Positions 34,963 to 46,252 of a stretch of DNA of 64,000 nt are shown piece after piece (the stretch's first letter is position 1; every line of letters begins with the position of its first letter). The DNA is from Salmo salar. Taxonomy: Eukaryota. Position numbers and translations under genes: made by a program. The DNA lies in the NCBI RefSeq assembly GCF_905237065.1, contig NC_059464.1, positions 3,047,803 through 3,111,802 of the forward strand, read 5' to 3'. Under the pieces are notes generated by a model. The model was not told the DNA's origin. It made no database searches and saw only the letters and a program-made list of their open reading frames with translations.

Positions 34963-35201
34963 TGCAAAGTATAATAAAGGCTTTATATAGCACTACTTAA
35001 AGGCTTTACAAATCATAAGTGTAAGTCATAATCTAGAAATGGTCTATTAACTTACATTTGGCAATAAACCCAACAGTGGGAATTGTTATGTCACCCTTTA
35101 TAGTGTATAACATACGCTTATAGATTATATGTGAAGCATTTATATAGTGCTTATAAATCCTTTATGTATGCTATAAAAAGCCTTTATAGGTCATACTGCC
35201 C

Positions 35202-36362
35202 TCATCCAATGACTGACACATGAGTCCTGATGTGTTTGGTCAGCTTAGCCGCCTCACTGAAAGCCTTGCCACACAAGCTGCAGGTGTGGGCCCAGCCTCC
35301 GGCAAGCCGCATTCCATTATGAACACGCTGGTGCTTCCTACACGTGTAGGCGTCCTTGAAGCTCATGCCGCAGACAGGGCAGCCATACAGACGCAGCTCC
35401 GTGTGAACACGCCGGTGGTTCCTCAGTGTGCCATCGTTGTTGAATCGCTTGCCACACAGTGCGCAAACGTACGGCTTCTCCCCTGTGTGAATGCGGAGGT
35501 GGATCTTGAGGCGTGACACGTGACTGAATATCTTACCACACTGAGGGCACGGGTGGGACCTCTGATCCCCCCTGTTGTTTGTTTGTTGTTGACCCCTGTT
35601 GTTTGTGGACCTGTTTATTTGTTGATGACACCTATTTGTTGATCTATTTGTTTGTTGTTGACGTCTGGTTTGACCCTGGTAGAACTGGGAGGTCAAGGGA
35701 CCTACGGTACTGGTGGTGGTGGCGTCCCCAAAGTCTTGTTCTGGCCCTGTTGTTACACAACCATCGCTGCCAATCTGACGGAAAAAGCCGTCTGAGATCA
35801 TGGCAGCACTAGCTGATACCAGGTCAGTGGGGACGCCCGAGGCAGTGGAGGCACCATACCGGCTGCTCTCTGCAACCACTGACTCCAGGTCAGCGCTCAG
35901 GTCTGAGACAGTGTAATTGGTTTCAACAGTGGCTGGTCCAGGGTCCGAACTGGTGTTTAGTTCACCATACCCCATCTGAGCAGAAACTGACCCCAAGTCA
36001 GTAGGGCTGGTATCACTAGGCTCTGTTTTGATGCCCTCAGAGTTATAGTGTAAAACCACTCTGTCCACGGGGCATGATGTGCTGCTGAAGGGATTTGCAG
36101 AGGGAAGGAGATGCTGGTCGTCTTCTTCGTCCAAGTCCCTTTTCACAGACGCTGAAGTCAATGGAGCTACTACTGGGGTGGTAGCCGATGTATCGGTTTG
36201 TTGTGAGGACAGGGTACATGGAGAGTTACACAGACTCTTCCACTCGGTGCAGTCTGTGGGTAGCTGGCTATGTGTGGCAGGCATCTCATCCTGGCTCATT
36301 TCCATGTGGTTCTGGGTGTGTGTAGACTCAGCGTCTGGACCCTGGTCGGCGCTCCACTGGTG
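35202..36362 (-). CDS. C2H2 zinc-finger gene 1, main exon: low-complexity linker plus four C2H2 fingers and the stop codon
   Basis: The 423-aa minus ORF ends ...[117 protein letters not shown]. The fingers are canonical C-X2-C-X12-H-X3-H units joined by HTGEKPY linkers. The upstream acceptor is unresolved. The strongest polypyrimidine-AG (TTTCTCTCTCTGTCTCTGGGCAG| near 36363) gives phase 0, whereas exon 1 ends in phase 1. Confidence 0.6.
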   Translation of the reverse strand, partial: [386 protein letters not shown]

Positions 36363-36758
36363 CTGCCCAGAGACAGAGAGAGAAACAGGCCTGGTCGAGA
36401 CTGGATGGACTGACGGACATACCGACAAATAGACAGAAAAGAGAAACAAATCAGATTGATTAAGTTTAAACAACTACAGAAGCAACGACCCAGACACGAG
36501 ATCTCAAGCATTCTGTAGGATGAGCTTGTTTGTGTAATGTGGTGATCTACAAGGCTTGAGACTGTCCAAATGCCCCATATCATAATCTTCTAGAAAAACC
36601 TGCATCGCCTCCCCTTTATATACACTCAGTGAAAGAATTGACAGGTGAAAACAGTATGGGCAGCAGAGGTCTTTTTTTTCTCAGATGAGTGCAAATAAAG
36701 GAGATGAGGAGAGGTCCGATTTTTCAGACAATAGACAAAGAGCCATTTGCATCATCAC

Positions 36759-36951
36759 CTGCTGAACACTCCGTTCCCGTGTCGAGTCCAACTTCTCGTA
36801 GCCTTCGTTTTAGGAGTTCATTCTCTCTCTTCGTCCGGGCAGTCTCCTCCTCGAATTCTGACACTGTCCCCCCAACAACCTCCAGTATCTCATCTACAGC
36901 CACCATTAACCGCTCGGTGAGGTAAGCATTCAAAAGCTGAAGTTTTGCCAT
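36759..36951 (-). CDS. C2H2 zinc-finger gene 1, first coding exon with a FiNZ-like N-terminal domain
   Basis: The exon encodes MAKLQLLNAYLTERLMVAVDEILEVVGGTVSEFEEETARTKRENELLKRRLREVGLDTGTECSA, followed by the donor CAG|GTGATG in phase 1. It is paralogous to the exon at 47457-47664. The MxKLQLLNxxLxERL...EYxEEixRxKxEN pattern matches my recollection of the fish-specific N-terminal domain of FiNZ zinc-finger proteins. Confidence 0.6.
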
Positions 36952-37569
36952 TTTTTTTTAAATTAGCCTCCCCAAATATTTGTTAAAATCCAAGGAAAGC
37001 CTCCTAGTAAAGACCCAAGCTAGACTGTTTTGTAAACACCTCGGGGAAAGCATTCACTTCCTGGTTCTTTAACTCTCCATGGTCATGTGATAAAAACGCT
37101 ACCGTAATTCATGAAAAAGGGGAGGCAAGCTTTTTAAAGGGATTGCGTACTTAAAATCTACTGTTAGATTTGCACGCTTATTACCGAGTATATTAATACA
37201 TATCTTGAGTGAAGGTGATGTGAGTCAAGCATCTGGCATCTTCCTTTTGGAAATAAACAACCTGAAAGATGGTTCAACGTCAATACAAAATAAATACAGA
37301 ATCAGACATGTGATTTTAATATTTAAATGATGTACTAATTTAATTCATTTCCACAAACACACACTCTTCAATCAAGCTGGAAACATCAGCTAAAATTACA
37401 TTATCCATTCATTTTCTACTGCACTGTTTTTATTAATCCCAATAAATATATTTAGGAAATATTCCTACGGCTAAAACACTTCAACATTTCACAATCCCTT
37501 CATGTCCTCCGGTGTTTGAAAAGGTGTAGCTGATTCAGCAGTAGCTGATTAGCTAGCGCATTAACCTCA

Positions 37570-37771
37570 TGTGATGAGCTGCCCTGCATCTGTCAGGTGT
37601 GTGTTCAGGTGTACCCGCAGGCCGCTGGCCACAGTGAAGCTCTTGGGACACTGGACACAGCGATAGGGTTTCTCCCCAGAGTGAGTCCGTTTGTGCTTTT
37701 TCATGGTGTCTCCGTCGCTGAAAGTCCTGTGGCAGTAGGGGCAGCTGTAGGGTCTCTCACCGGTGTGGATC
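37570..37771 (-). CDS. Terminal C2H2 zinc-finger exon: [67 protein letters not shown]. It probably belongs to gene 2
   Basis: The minus strand has the acceptor TTCTTATTATATATTATAG|GATCCACACCGG. The exon opens in the middle of a finger (R-IHTGERPY). Joining it in phase 2 to the donor at 46253 (..CTG AG|GTTGGA) gives [27 protein letters not shown], a complete C-X2-C-X12-H-X3-H finger with a canonical linker. The stop codon is at 37567-37569. Confidence 0.5.
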
Positions 37772-37800
37772 CTATAATATATAATAAGAATAAATAAAAT

Positions 37801-38225
37801 AAATATATCTACACTACCGCTCAAAAGTTTGGGATCACTTAGAAATGTCCTTGTTTTTGAAAGAAAAGCACATTTTTTGTCAATTAAATTAACATCAAAT
37901 TGGTTAGAAATACAGTGTAGACATTGTTAATGTTGTAAATGACTATTGTAGCTGGAAACAGCAGCTTATTTACATAGGCGTAGAGGCCCATTATCAGCAA
38001 CCATCACTCCTGTGTTCCAATGGCACGTTGTGTTAGCTAATCCAAGTTCATCATTTTAAAAGGCTAATTGATCATTAGAAAACCCTTTTGCAATTATGTT
38101 AGCACAGCTGAAAACTGTTGTTCTGATTAAAGAAGCAATAAAACTGGCCTTCTTTAGACTAGTTGAGTATCTGGAGCATCAGCATTTGTGGGTTTGATTA
38201 CAGGCTCAAAATGGCCAGAAACTCT
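37801..38225. mobile_element. Tc1-like terminal (ITR) fragment
   Basis: TACACTACCGCTCAAAAGTTTGGGATCACTTAGAAATGTCCTTGTTTTTGAAAG... is a Tc1-type ITR/sub-terminal region resembling the CAGTCAAAAGTTTGGACA subfamily. No transposase ORF follows it. It begins about 20 bp upstream of the putative acceptor of the exon at 37771. Confidence 0.5.
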
Positions 38226-40690
38226 CCTCAATGTTATCCTCACAAAGAATCTTGATAGGTATCAGTCTGGTGTTTTCTGTAATGACCTTAGTGATCGCTG
38301 TTTTACAGCCTGTGTTCGTAATGGCTGCTCAGTGAAACGACCTGTCCTGATTTGTCATAGACCCTTGCTAAGAAACTTTTATGAGAAAGCCTTCCTTCAT
38401 GAACTGGCCTCTGTCAAATGGTATAGAATCAGCTTGATCCCCTCTGTCGAAGACGCTTGGACATTCTTTTTTGATATTTTCTGTGATATTGTTAACACGC
38501 CCCCAAAGAAAATGAGAATTTAAAAAAGGTTCAGCCCCTGGTTCGACAGTGATCTTGCAGAGTTACTCCACCTCAAGAATTGCATTCAGCGAAAGGCTCA
38601 GCACATGCATACTCAGGCTGACTGGCTATCGTTCAGGCAAATGAGAAATAAGTGCACTCAGGCTATCCGGAAGGCCAAAGTTAGTTACTTTAAATGGTTA
38701 AAGACCTGGAGAACAAAAGCTCCTCCTCACAGCTGCCCATGTCCCTTAATGTTGATGATGTGGTTGTTACTGACAAGAAGCACATGGCTGAGCTCTTTAA
38801 TCACCACTTCATTAAGTCAGGATTCCTATTTGACTCGGCCATGCCTCCTTGCCCGTCCAACATTTCCTCAACTCCCACCCCTTCTAACGCGACTATCCCC
38901 GATGCTTCTGCCTCTTTTTCCCCTGTCCTGTTACAAAGTTTCTTCCTGCAGGCAGTCACTGAGTCTGAGGTGCTAAAGGAGCTCCTTAAACTTGACCCCC
39001 CAAAAATATCTGGGTCAGATGGTTAAGACGATTTCTTCTTTAAGGTTGCTGCCACTATCATCGCCAAGCCTGTCTCTCATTTCTGAAGAGGTTCCCATTG
39101 CTTGGAAGGCAGCCACGGTTCGTCCTTTATTTAAAGGGGAGATCAAGCTGATCCTAACTGTTATAGGCCTATTTCTATTTGCCCTGTTCATCAAAAGTGC
39201 TGGAAAAACTTGTCAATAATCAACTGACTGGCTTTCTTGATGTCTATAGTATTCTCTCAGGTATGCAATCAAATACCGACTAAGTAGTATTGGTGTCTCT
39301 GAGGGGTCTTTGGGTTGGTTTGCTAACTACCACTCTCAGAGAGTGCAGTGTATGAAGTCAGAAAACCTGTCTCACCCACTGCCTGTCACCAAGGGAGTAC
39401 TGCAAGGCTCGATCCTAGGCCCCACGCTCTTCTCAAATTTACATCAAGAACATAGCTCAGGCAGTAGAAAGCACTCACATCCATTTATATGCAGATGATA
39501 GTCTTATATACAGCTGGCCCCTCCCCGGATTTTATGTTAAATGCTTTACAAAGCTTTCTTAGTGTCCAACAAGCTTTCTCTACCCTTAACCTTGTTCTGA
39601 ACACCTCCAAAACAAAGGTCATGTGGTTTGGTAAGAAGAATGTCCCTCGTCCCACAAGTGTTATTGCTACCTCTAACGGTTTAGAGCTTGAGGTAGTCAC
39701 CTCATACAAGTACTCGGGAGTATGGCTAGACGGTGCACTGTCCTTCTCTCAGCACATATCAAAGCTGCAGGCTAAAGTTAAATCTAGACTTGGTTTCCTC
39801 TATCGTAATCAATCCTCTTTTCACCCCAGCTGCCAAACTAACCCTGATTCGGATGACCACCTACCCATGCTAGATTACGGAGACATAATTTATAGATTGG
39901 CAGGTAAGGGTGCTCTCGAGCAGCTAGATGTTCTTTACCATTCGGCCATCAGATTTGCCACCAATGCTCCTTATAGGACACATCACTGCACTCTATACTC
40001 CTGTAAACTGGTCATCTCTGTATACCTGTCGCAAGAGCCACTGGTTGATGCTTATTTATAAAACCCGCTTAGGCCTCACTCGCCCCTATCTGAGATATCT
40101 ACTGCAGCCCTCATCTTCCACATACAACACCTGTTCTGCCAGTCACATTCTGTTAAAGGTCCCCAAAGCACACACATCCCTGGGTCGCTCCTCTTTTCAG
40201 TTCGCTGCAGCTAGCGACTGGAACGAGCTGCAACAAACACTCAAACTGGACAGTTATCTCAATCTCTTAAGTCAAAGACTCAATCATGGACACTCTTACT
40301 GACAGTTGTGGCTGCTTTGTGTGATGTATTGTTGTCTCTCTCCTCTTGCCCTTTGTGCTGTTGTCTGTGCCCAATAATGTTTGTACCATGTTTTGTGCTG
40401 CTTCCATGTTGTTGTTTTGTTGTGTTGCCATGTGTTGCTGCCTTGCTATGTTGTTGTCTTAGGTCTCTCTTTATGTAGTGTTGTCTCTCTTGTTGTGATG
40501 TGTGTTTTGTCCTATAATTATTGTGTATATATATATATATATATATATTATTTTATTTTTTTATGTATCCCAGGCCCCATTCCCACAGGAGGCCTATTGG
40601 TAGACCGTCATTGTAAATAAGAATTTGTTCATAACTGACTTGCCTAGTTAAACAAAGGTTAAATAAAATTAAAATAAATAAAAACCCTGT
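38226..40690 (+). mobile_element. 5'-truncated LINE (salmonid RSg-1-like): ORF2 region after the endonuclease, RT domain, and a 3'UTR ending in the SmaI-type tail
   Basis: ORFs 38694-39026, 39310-39498 and 39489-40061 read ...LKLDPPKISGSDG, ...IGVSEGSLGWFANYHSQRVQCMKSENLSHPLPVTKGVLQGSILGPTLF, and ...YADD-type region...LNLVLNTSKTKVMWFGKK.... The 3' end at 40560-40690 is ...CATTGTAAATAAGAATTTGTTCATAACTGACTTGCCTAGTTAAACAAAGGTTAAATAAA, matching the tail of the SmaI SINEs at 45485 and 61578. Confidence 0.65.
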
Positions 40691-40699
40691 GGACGGCGC

Positions 40700-40956
40700 T
40701 TGATTGGAGACATTTTCCTCCTACAACAGGACAATGATCCAAAGCACCGCTCCAAGCTATGAAATAACTATTTAGGGAAGAAGCAGTCAGCTGGTATTCT
40801 GTCTATAATGGAGTGGCCAGCACAGTCACCGGATCTCAACCCTATTGAGCTGAGAATTGTCCATCAAGCCAATCCAACTTGTGGGAGGTGCTTCAGGAAG
40901 CATGGGGTGAAATCTCTTCAGATTACCTCAAAATTGACAACTAAACTCAGCAAAAA
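40700..40956 (+). mobile_element. Tc1-like transposase C-terminal fragment
   Basis: The plus frame reads ...[53 protein letters not shown]... Confidence 0.55.
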
Positions 40957-43842
40957 AAAGAAACGTCCTCTCACTGACAACTGTGTTTATTTTCAGCAAA
41001 CTTAACATGTGTAAATATTTGTATGAACATAAGATTGAACAACAGACAAACTGAACAAGTTCCACAGACATGTGCCTAACAGAAATGGAATAATGTGTCC
41101 CTAAACAAAGGAGGGGTCAAAATCAAAAGTAACAGTCAGTATCTGGTGTGGCCACCATCTGCATTAAGTACTGCAGTGCATCTCCTCCTCATGGACTGCA
41201 CCAGATTTGGCACCAGACTGCACCAGATTTGTTACTTCACTCTTCCACCAAGTTCCCGGACATTTCTGGGGGGAAATGGCCCTAGCCCTCACCCTCCGAT
41301 CCAACAGGTCCCAGACGTGCTCAATGGGATTGAGATCCAGGCTCTTCGCTGGCCATGGCAGAACACTGACATTCCTGTCTTGCAGGAAATCACTCACAGA
41401 ATGAGCAGTATGGCTGGTGGCATTGTCATGCTGGAGGGTCATGTCAGGATGAGCCTGCAGGAAGGGTACCACATGAGGGAGGAGGATGTCTTCCCTGTAA
41501 CGCACAGCGTTGAGATTGCCTGCAATGACAAGCTCAGTCCGATGATGCTGTGACACACCGCCCCAGACCACGACGGACCCTCCACCTCCAAATCGATCCC
41601 TCTCCAGAGAACAGGCCTCGGTGTAACACTCATTCCTTCAACGATAAATGCAAATCCGACCATCACCCCTGCTGAGACAAAACCGCGACTCGTCAGTGAA
41701 GAGCACTTTATGCCAGTCCTGTCTGGTCCAGCGACGGTGGGTTTGTGCCCATTGGTGACGTTGTTGCCGCTGATGTCTGATGAGGACCTGCCTTACAACA
41801 GGCTTACAAGCCCTCAGTCCAGCCTCTCTCAGCCTGTTGCGGACATTCTGAGCACTGATGAAGGGATTGTTCGTTCGTGGTGTAACTCGGGCAGTTGGTG
41901 TTGCCATCCTGCACCTGTCCCGCAGGTGTGATGTTCGGATGTACCGATCCTGTGCAGGTGTTGTTACACGTGGTCTGCCACTGCGAGGACAATCAGCTGT
42001 CCGTCCTGTCTCCCTGTAGTGCTGTCTTAGGAGTATCACAGTATGGACATTGCAATTTATTGCCCTGGCCACATCTGCAGTCCTCATGCCTCCTTGCAGC
42101 ATGCCTAACGCACGTTCACACAGATGAGCAGGGACCCTGGGCATCTTTCTTTTGGTGTTTTTTAAAGTCAGTAGAAAGGCCTATTTAGTGTCCTAAGTTT
42201 TCATAACTGTGACCCTAATTGCCTACCGTCTGTAAGCTGTTAGTGTCTTAACGACCATTCCACAGGTGCATGTTCATAAATTTTTTTTTATGGTTCATTG
42301 AACAAGCATGGGAAACAGTGTTTAACCTGTTGGGGATAGGGGGCAGTATTTACACGGCCGGATAAAAAACGTACCCGATTTAATCTGGTTACTACTCCTG
42401 CCCAGCAACTAGAATATGCATATAATTATTGGCTTTGGATAGATAGAAAACACCCTAAAGTTTCTAAAACTGTTTGAATGGTGTCTGTGAGTATAACAGA
42501 ACTCATATGGCAGGCAAAAACCTGAGAAGATTCCTTACAGGAAGTGGCCTGTCTGACAAGTTCTTGTTCATCTTGGCTCTTTTTATTGAAGACTGAGGAT
42601 CTTTGCTGTAACGTGACACTTCCTACGGCTCCCATAGGCTCTCAGAACCCGGGAAAAAGCTGAATGATATCGAGGCAGCCCCTGGCTGAAACACATTAGC
42701 GCGTTTGGATGGCCTGTCAGAGGACCATCAGACTGGGGCTCGTGCACGAGGGCACGAGATATTTTTATTTTCTCTCTCTTTGAACGAAAACCACCACTCC
42801 CGGTCGGAATATTATCGCTTTTTTATGAGAAAAATGGCATAAAAATTGATTTTAAACAGCGGTTGACATGCTTCGAAGTACGGTAATGGAATATTTAGAA
42901 ATGTTTTGTCACGAAATGCGTCGTGCTCGTCACCCTTCTTTACCATTCGGATAGTGTCTTGAACGCACGAACAAAACGCCGCTATTTGGATATAACTATG
43001 GATTATTTGGGACCAAACCAACATTTGTTATTGAAGTAGAAGTCCTGGGAGTGCATTCTGACGAAGAACAGCAAAGCTAATAACATTTTTCTTATAGTAA
43101 ATCTGACTTTGGTTAGTGCTAAACTTGCTGGGTGTCTAAATAGCTAGCCCTGTGATGCCAGGCCATCTACTCAGAATATTGCAAAAAGTGCTTTCACCGA
43201 AAAGCTATTTTAAAATCGGACATAGCGAGTGCATAGAGGAGTTCTGTATCTATAATTCTTAAAATAATTGTTATGTTTTTTGTGAACGTTTATCGTGAGT
43301 AATTTAGTAAATTCACCGGAAGTGTTCGGTGGGAATGCTAGTCACATGCTAATGTAAAAAGCTGGTTTTTGATATAAATATGAACTTGATTGAACAAAAC
43401 ATGCATGTATTGTATAACATAATGTCCTAGGGGTGTCATCTGATGAAGATCATCAAAGGTTAGTGCTGCATTTAGCTGTGGTTTGGGTTTATGTGACATT
43501 ATATGCTAGCTTGAAAAATGGGTGTCTGATTATTTCTGGCTGGGTACTCTGCTGACACAATCTAATGTTTTGCTTTCGTTGTAAAGCCTTTTTGAAATCG
43601 GACAGTGTGGTTAGATTAACAAGAGTCTTGTCTTTAAAATGGTGTAAAATAGTCATATGTTTGAGAAATTGAAGTAATAGCATTTCTAAGGTATTTGAAT
43701 ATCGCGCCACGGGATTACACTGGCTGTTGAGTAGGCGCAAGCGTCCCACCTAGCCCATAGAGGTTAAACCCTTTACAATGAAGATCTGTTAAGTTATTTG
43801 GATTTTTATGAATTATCTTTCTTTTTTTTGCTGAGTTTAGAA
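40957..43842 (-). mobile_element. Tc1-like transposon (transposase pseudogene, 5' end AAAAAAAAGAAACGTCCTCTCACTG...) split by a nested 1.44-kb TTAA element
   Basis: Minus ORFs 41164-41571 (...HDNATSHTAHSVSDFLQDRNVSVLPWPAKSLDLNPIEHVWDLLDRRVRARA...) and 41638-42144 (MPRVPAHLCERALGMLQGGMRTADVARAINCNVHTVILLRQHYRETGRTADCPRSGRPRVTTPAQDRYIRTSHLRDR...[17 protein letters not shown]). The element runs to ...GGGAAACAGTGTTTAA at 42325 and resumes with ACCCTTTACAATGAAGATCTGTTAAGTTATTTGGATTTTTATGAATTATCTTTCTTTTTTTTTGCTGAGTTTAG over 43768-43842. Confidence 0.75.
42326..43763. mobile_element. Non-autonomous TTAA-target element (piggyBac-like MITE), copy 1, inserted in a Tc1 element
   Basis: The termini CCTGTTGGGGATAGGGGGCAG... 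and ...CCCACCTAGCCCATAGAGG form imperfect TIRs. TTAA lies on both flanks (42322-42325 and 43764-43767). Removing the element and one TTAA restores the uninterrupted Tc1 sequence GTGTTTAAACCCTTTACAATG. I found no transposase-like ORF. Confidence 0.65.
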
Positions 43843-44049
43843 TGCCAAAGGTCTGCAAGGCTGTAATTGCTGCAAATGGAGGATTCTTTGACGAAAGCGA
43901 AATTTGAAGGACACCATTTTTATTTCAATGAAAAATCATTATTTATAACCTTGTCAACATCTTGACTATATTTCCTATTCATTTTGCAACTCATTTCATG
44001 TATATTTTCAAGTGACCCCAAACTTTTCAATGGTAGTGTATATAATAAT

Positions 44050-44075
44050 AATAATAATAATATATAAATGGAGTG
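44050..44075. repeat. (TAA)n microsatellite
   Basis: Read directly. Confidence 0.9.
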
Positions 44076-44196
44076 GAGAGACTTTAACCCAACACCTAGC
44101 AACCTTGTCAAGAGGTTTGGATCTTTGGGCGTAACAGCGAAGGTGTTGGATTGACAGTCACTGGTCAGGACTACCGCCTAAATTCGCTACAATATA

Positions 44197-46220
44197 CAGT
44201 GAGCTACAAAACTATTAGGACAGTGACACATTTTTTGTTGTTTTGGCTCTGTACTCCAGCACTTGGGATTTGAAACGATACCATGACTGAGGTTAAAGTG
44301 ACTGTCAGCTTTTAATTAGAGGGTATTTTCATCCATATCGGGTGAACCGTTAAGAAATTACAGCACTTTTTGTACATAGTCCACCTATTTTAGGGGACCA
44401 AAAGTATTGGGACAAATTCACTTATATGTGTGTTAAAGTAGTCAAAAGTTTAGTATTTGGTCCAATAGCCCTAGCACGGAATGATTATAGCAAGTTTGTG
44501 ACTCTACAAACTTGTTGGATGCATTTTAATGTAAATAAGAATATAATATGTTTCTAAACACTTCTACATTAATGTGGATGTTACCATGATTACAGATAGT
44601 CCTGAATTAATCGTGAATAATAAAGTTAGACGCACAAATATCATACCCCCAAGACATGCTAACCTCTCACCATCACAATAACAGGGGAGGTTAGCATTTT
44701 GGGGGGGTATGATATTTGTGCGTCTAACTTTCTCATTATTCAAGATTCATTCAGGACTATCTGTAATCATGGTAGCATCCACATTAATGTAGAAGTGTTT
44801 AGAAACATATTATATTCTTATTTATATTAAAAGTGACTCCAAAACGACAATACATTACCATTCATTTCTAGTCGGCACAAAATAATCTGAAACACAACCA
44901 AAACAAACAGCAAATGCATCCAACAACAACTTTCTCACTCATCATCATTCACGATTCATTCAGGACTATTCGTAATCATGGTAGCATCCACATTAATTAT
45001 ACTCCTTTTGCCATGGGACAAAGACAAAAATGTTTCCAGTTTTACAGCAAATTTTCTTAAATTCTACCCCTTTTGCCATGTGATGGACATAATCGTTTTC
45101 AGTTTTAAAGTAAATTTCCTGCAATTCTACACAATTTCCCATGACTTATGCAATGTTAATGATATCTGAGTGAGAGTGACTAACAAAATCAATGGGGGCC
45201 ACCTGGAGTTCAGGGCCCCTGGGGATGTGCCCTGCGTGCACGGTCGGTAGTTGGCCATGATTACAAGTTTAGATAGCTTGCCAGACTAACATACCATTCT
45301 AAAAAGAGTTATCTGACATGGCTAATTGAGTGACTGTCAGTGATGACAAAACAAGAGAAAAATTGCTGATGCATAACCAAATGTTGAACTTGCACCTTGT
45401 GTATTCTACTATTCTAACTCTTAATTAGTAAGTTGAGACCACAACTGCGGTGCTTATGCCTGGAGCCGGCCCTGGTGATAGGGGTAAACCAGGTAGCGTA
45501 GCCTAGTGGTTAGAGCGTTGGATCGAATCCCCGAGCTGACAAGGTACATATCTGTCGTTCTGCCCCTGAACAAGGCAGTTAACCCACTGTCCCTAGGCCG
45601 TCATTGAAAATAAGAATTTGTTCTTAACTGACTTGCCTAGTTAAATAAAGGTAAAATAAAATAAAAAAATGGAGGACAAGTTGTCATAGGCCAACAACCT
45701 ATATAGCCCATACTGCCATACCTGCCCAATACCCAGGCCCCAGCCACAGAGTCAGTATTTCGCTTTTATGTGAAGATAGATGGCTGTTTAGAAACATATT
45801 CTATTCTTGTTGACCAAAAAATGTATTGACTCCAAAATGACACAATGCATTATTTACCATTCAATTCTATTGGGCACAAAATAATCTGAAACAAAAATGA
45901 AAACAGCAAATGCATCCAACAAGCTTGATGTAATCATTGCGTGCAAGGAATATGGGACCAAATACTAAACTTTTGACTACTTTAATACACATAAGTGAAT
46001 TTGTCCCAATACTTTTGGTCCCTTAAAATGGGGACAATGTACAAAAAGTGCAGTAATTTCTAAATAGTTCACCCAATATGAATGACAATACACTTAAATT
46101 TAAGCTGTCAGTCTGCAGTTGAATGTAATAGTCATTGTATTACTTCAAATCCAAAGTGCTGCAGTACAGAGCCAAAAATAACAAAATATGTCACTGTCCC
46201 AATACTTTTGGAGCTCACTG
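44197..46220. mobile_element. Foldback-like element with inverted arms of about 350-440 bp and CAGTG termini (CAGTGAGCTACAAAACTATTAGGACAGTGACA ... TGTCACTGTCCCAATACTTTTGGAGCTCACTG)
   Basis: Arm A at 44197-44560 is the reverse complement of 45770-46220. A roughly 290-bp near-perfect palindrome at 44537-44830 is centred near 44680. Partial arm copies lie at 44830-45000, and a SmaI SINE is nested at 45485-45668. It has no coding capacity. Confidence 0.6.
45485..45668 (+). mobile_element. SmaI-type tRNA-derived SINE
   Basis: GGTAGCGTAGCCTAGTGGTTAGAGCGTTGGATCGAATCCCCGAGCTGACAAGGTACATATCTGTCGTTCTGCCCCTGAACAAGGCAGTTAACCCACTGTCCCTAGGCCGTCATTGAAAATAAGAATTTGTTCTTAACTGACTTGCCTAGTTAAATAAAGGTAAAATAAA(A)n. 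Confidence 0.8.
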
Positions 46221-46252
46221 CATAATAATACAATATAATAATGTATTCCAAC

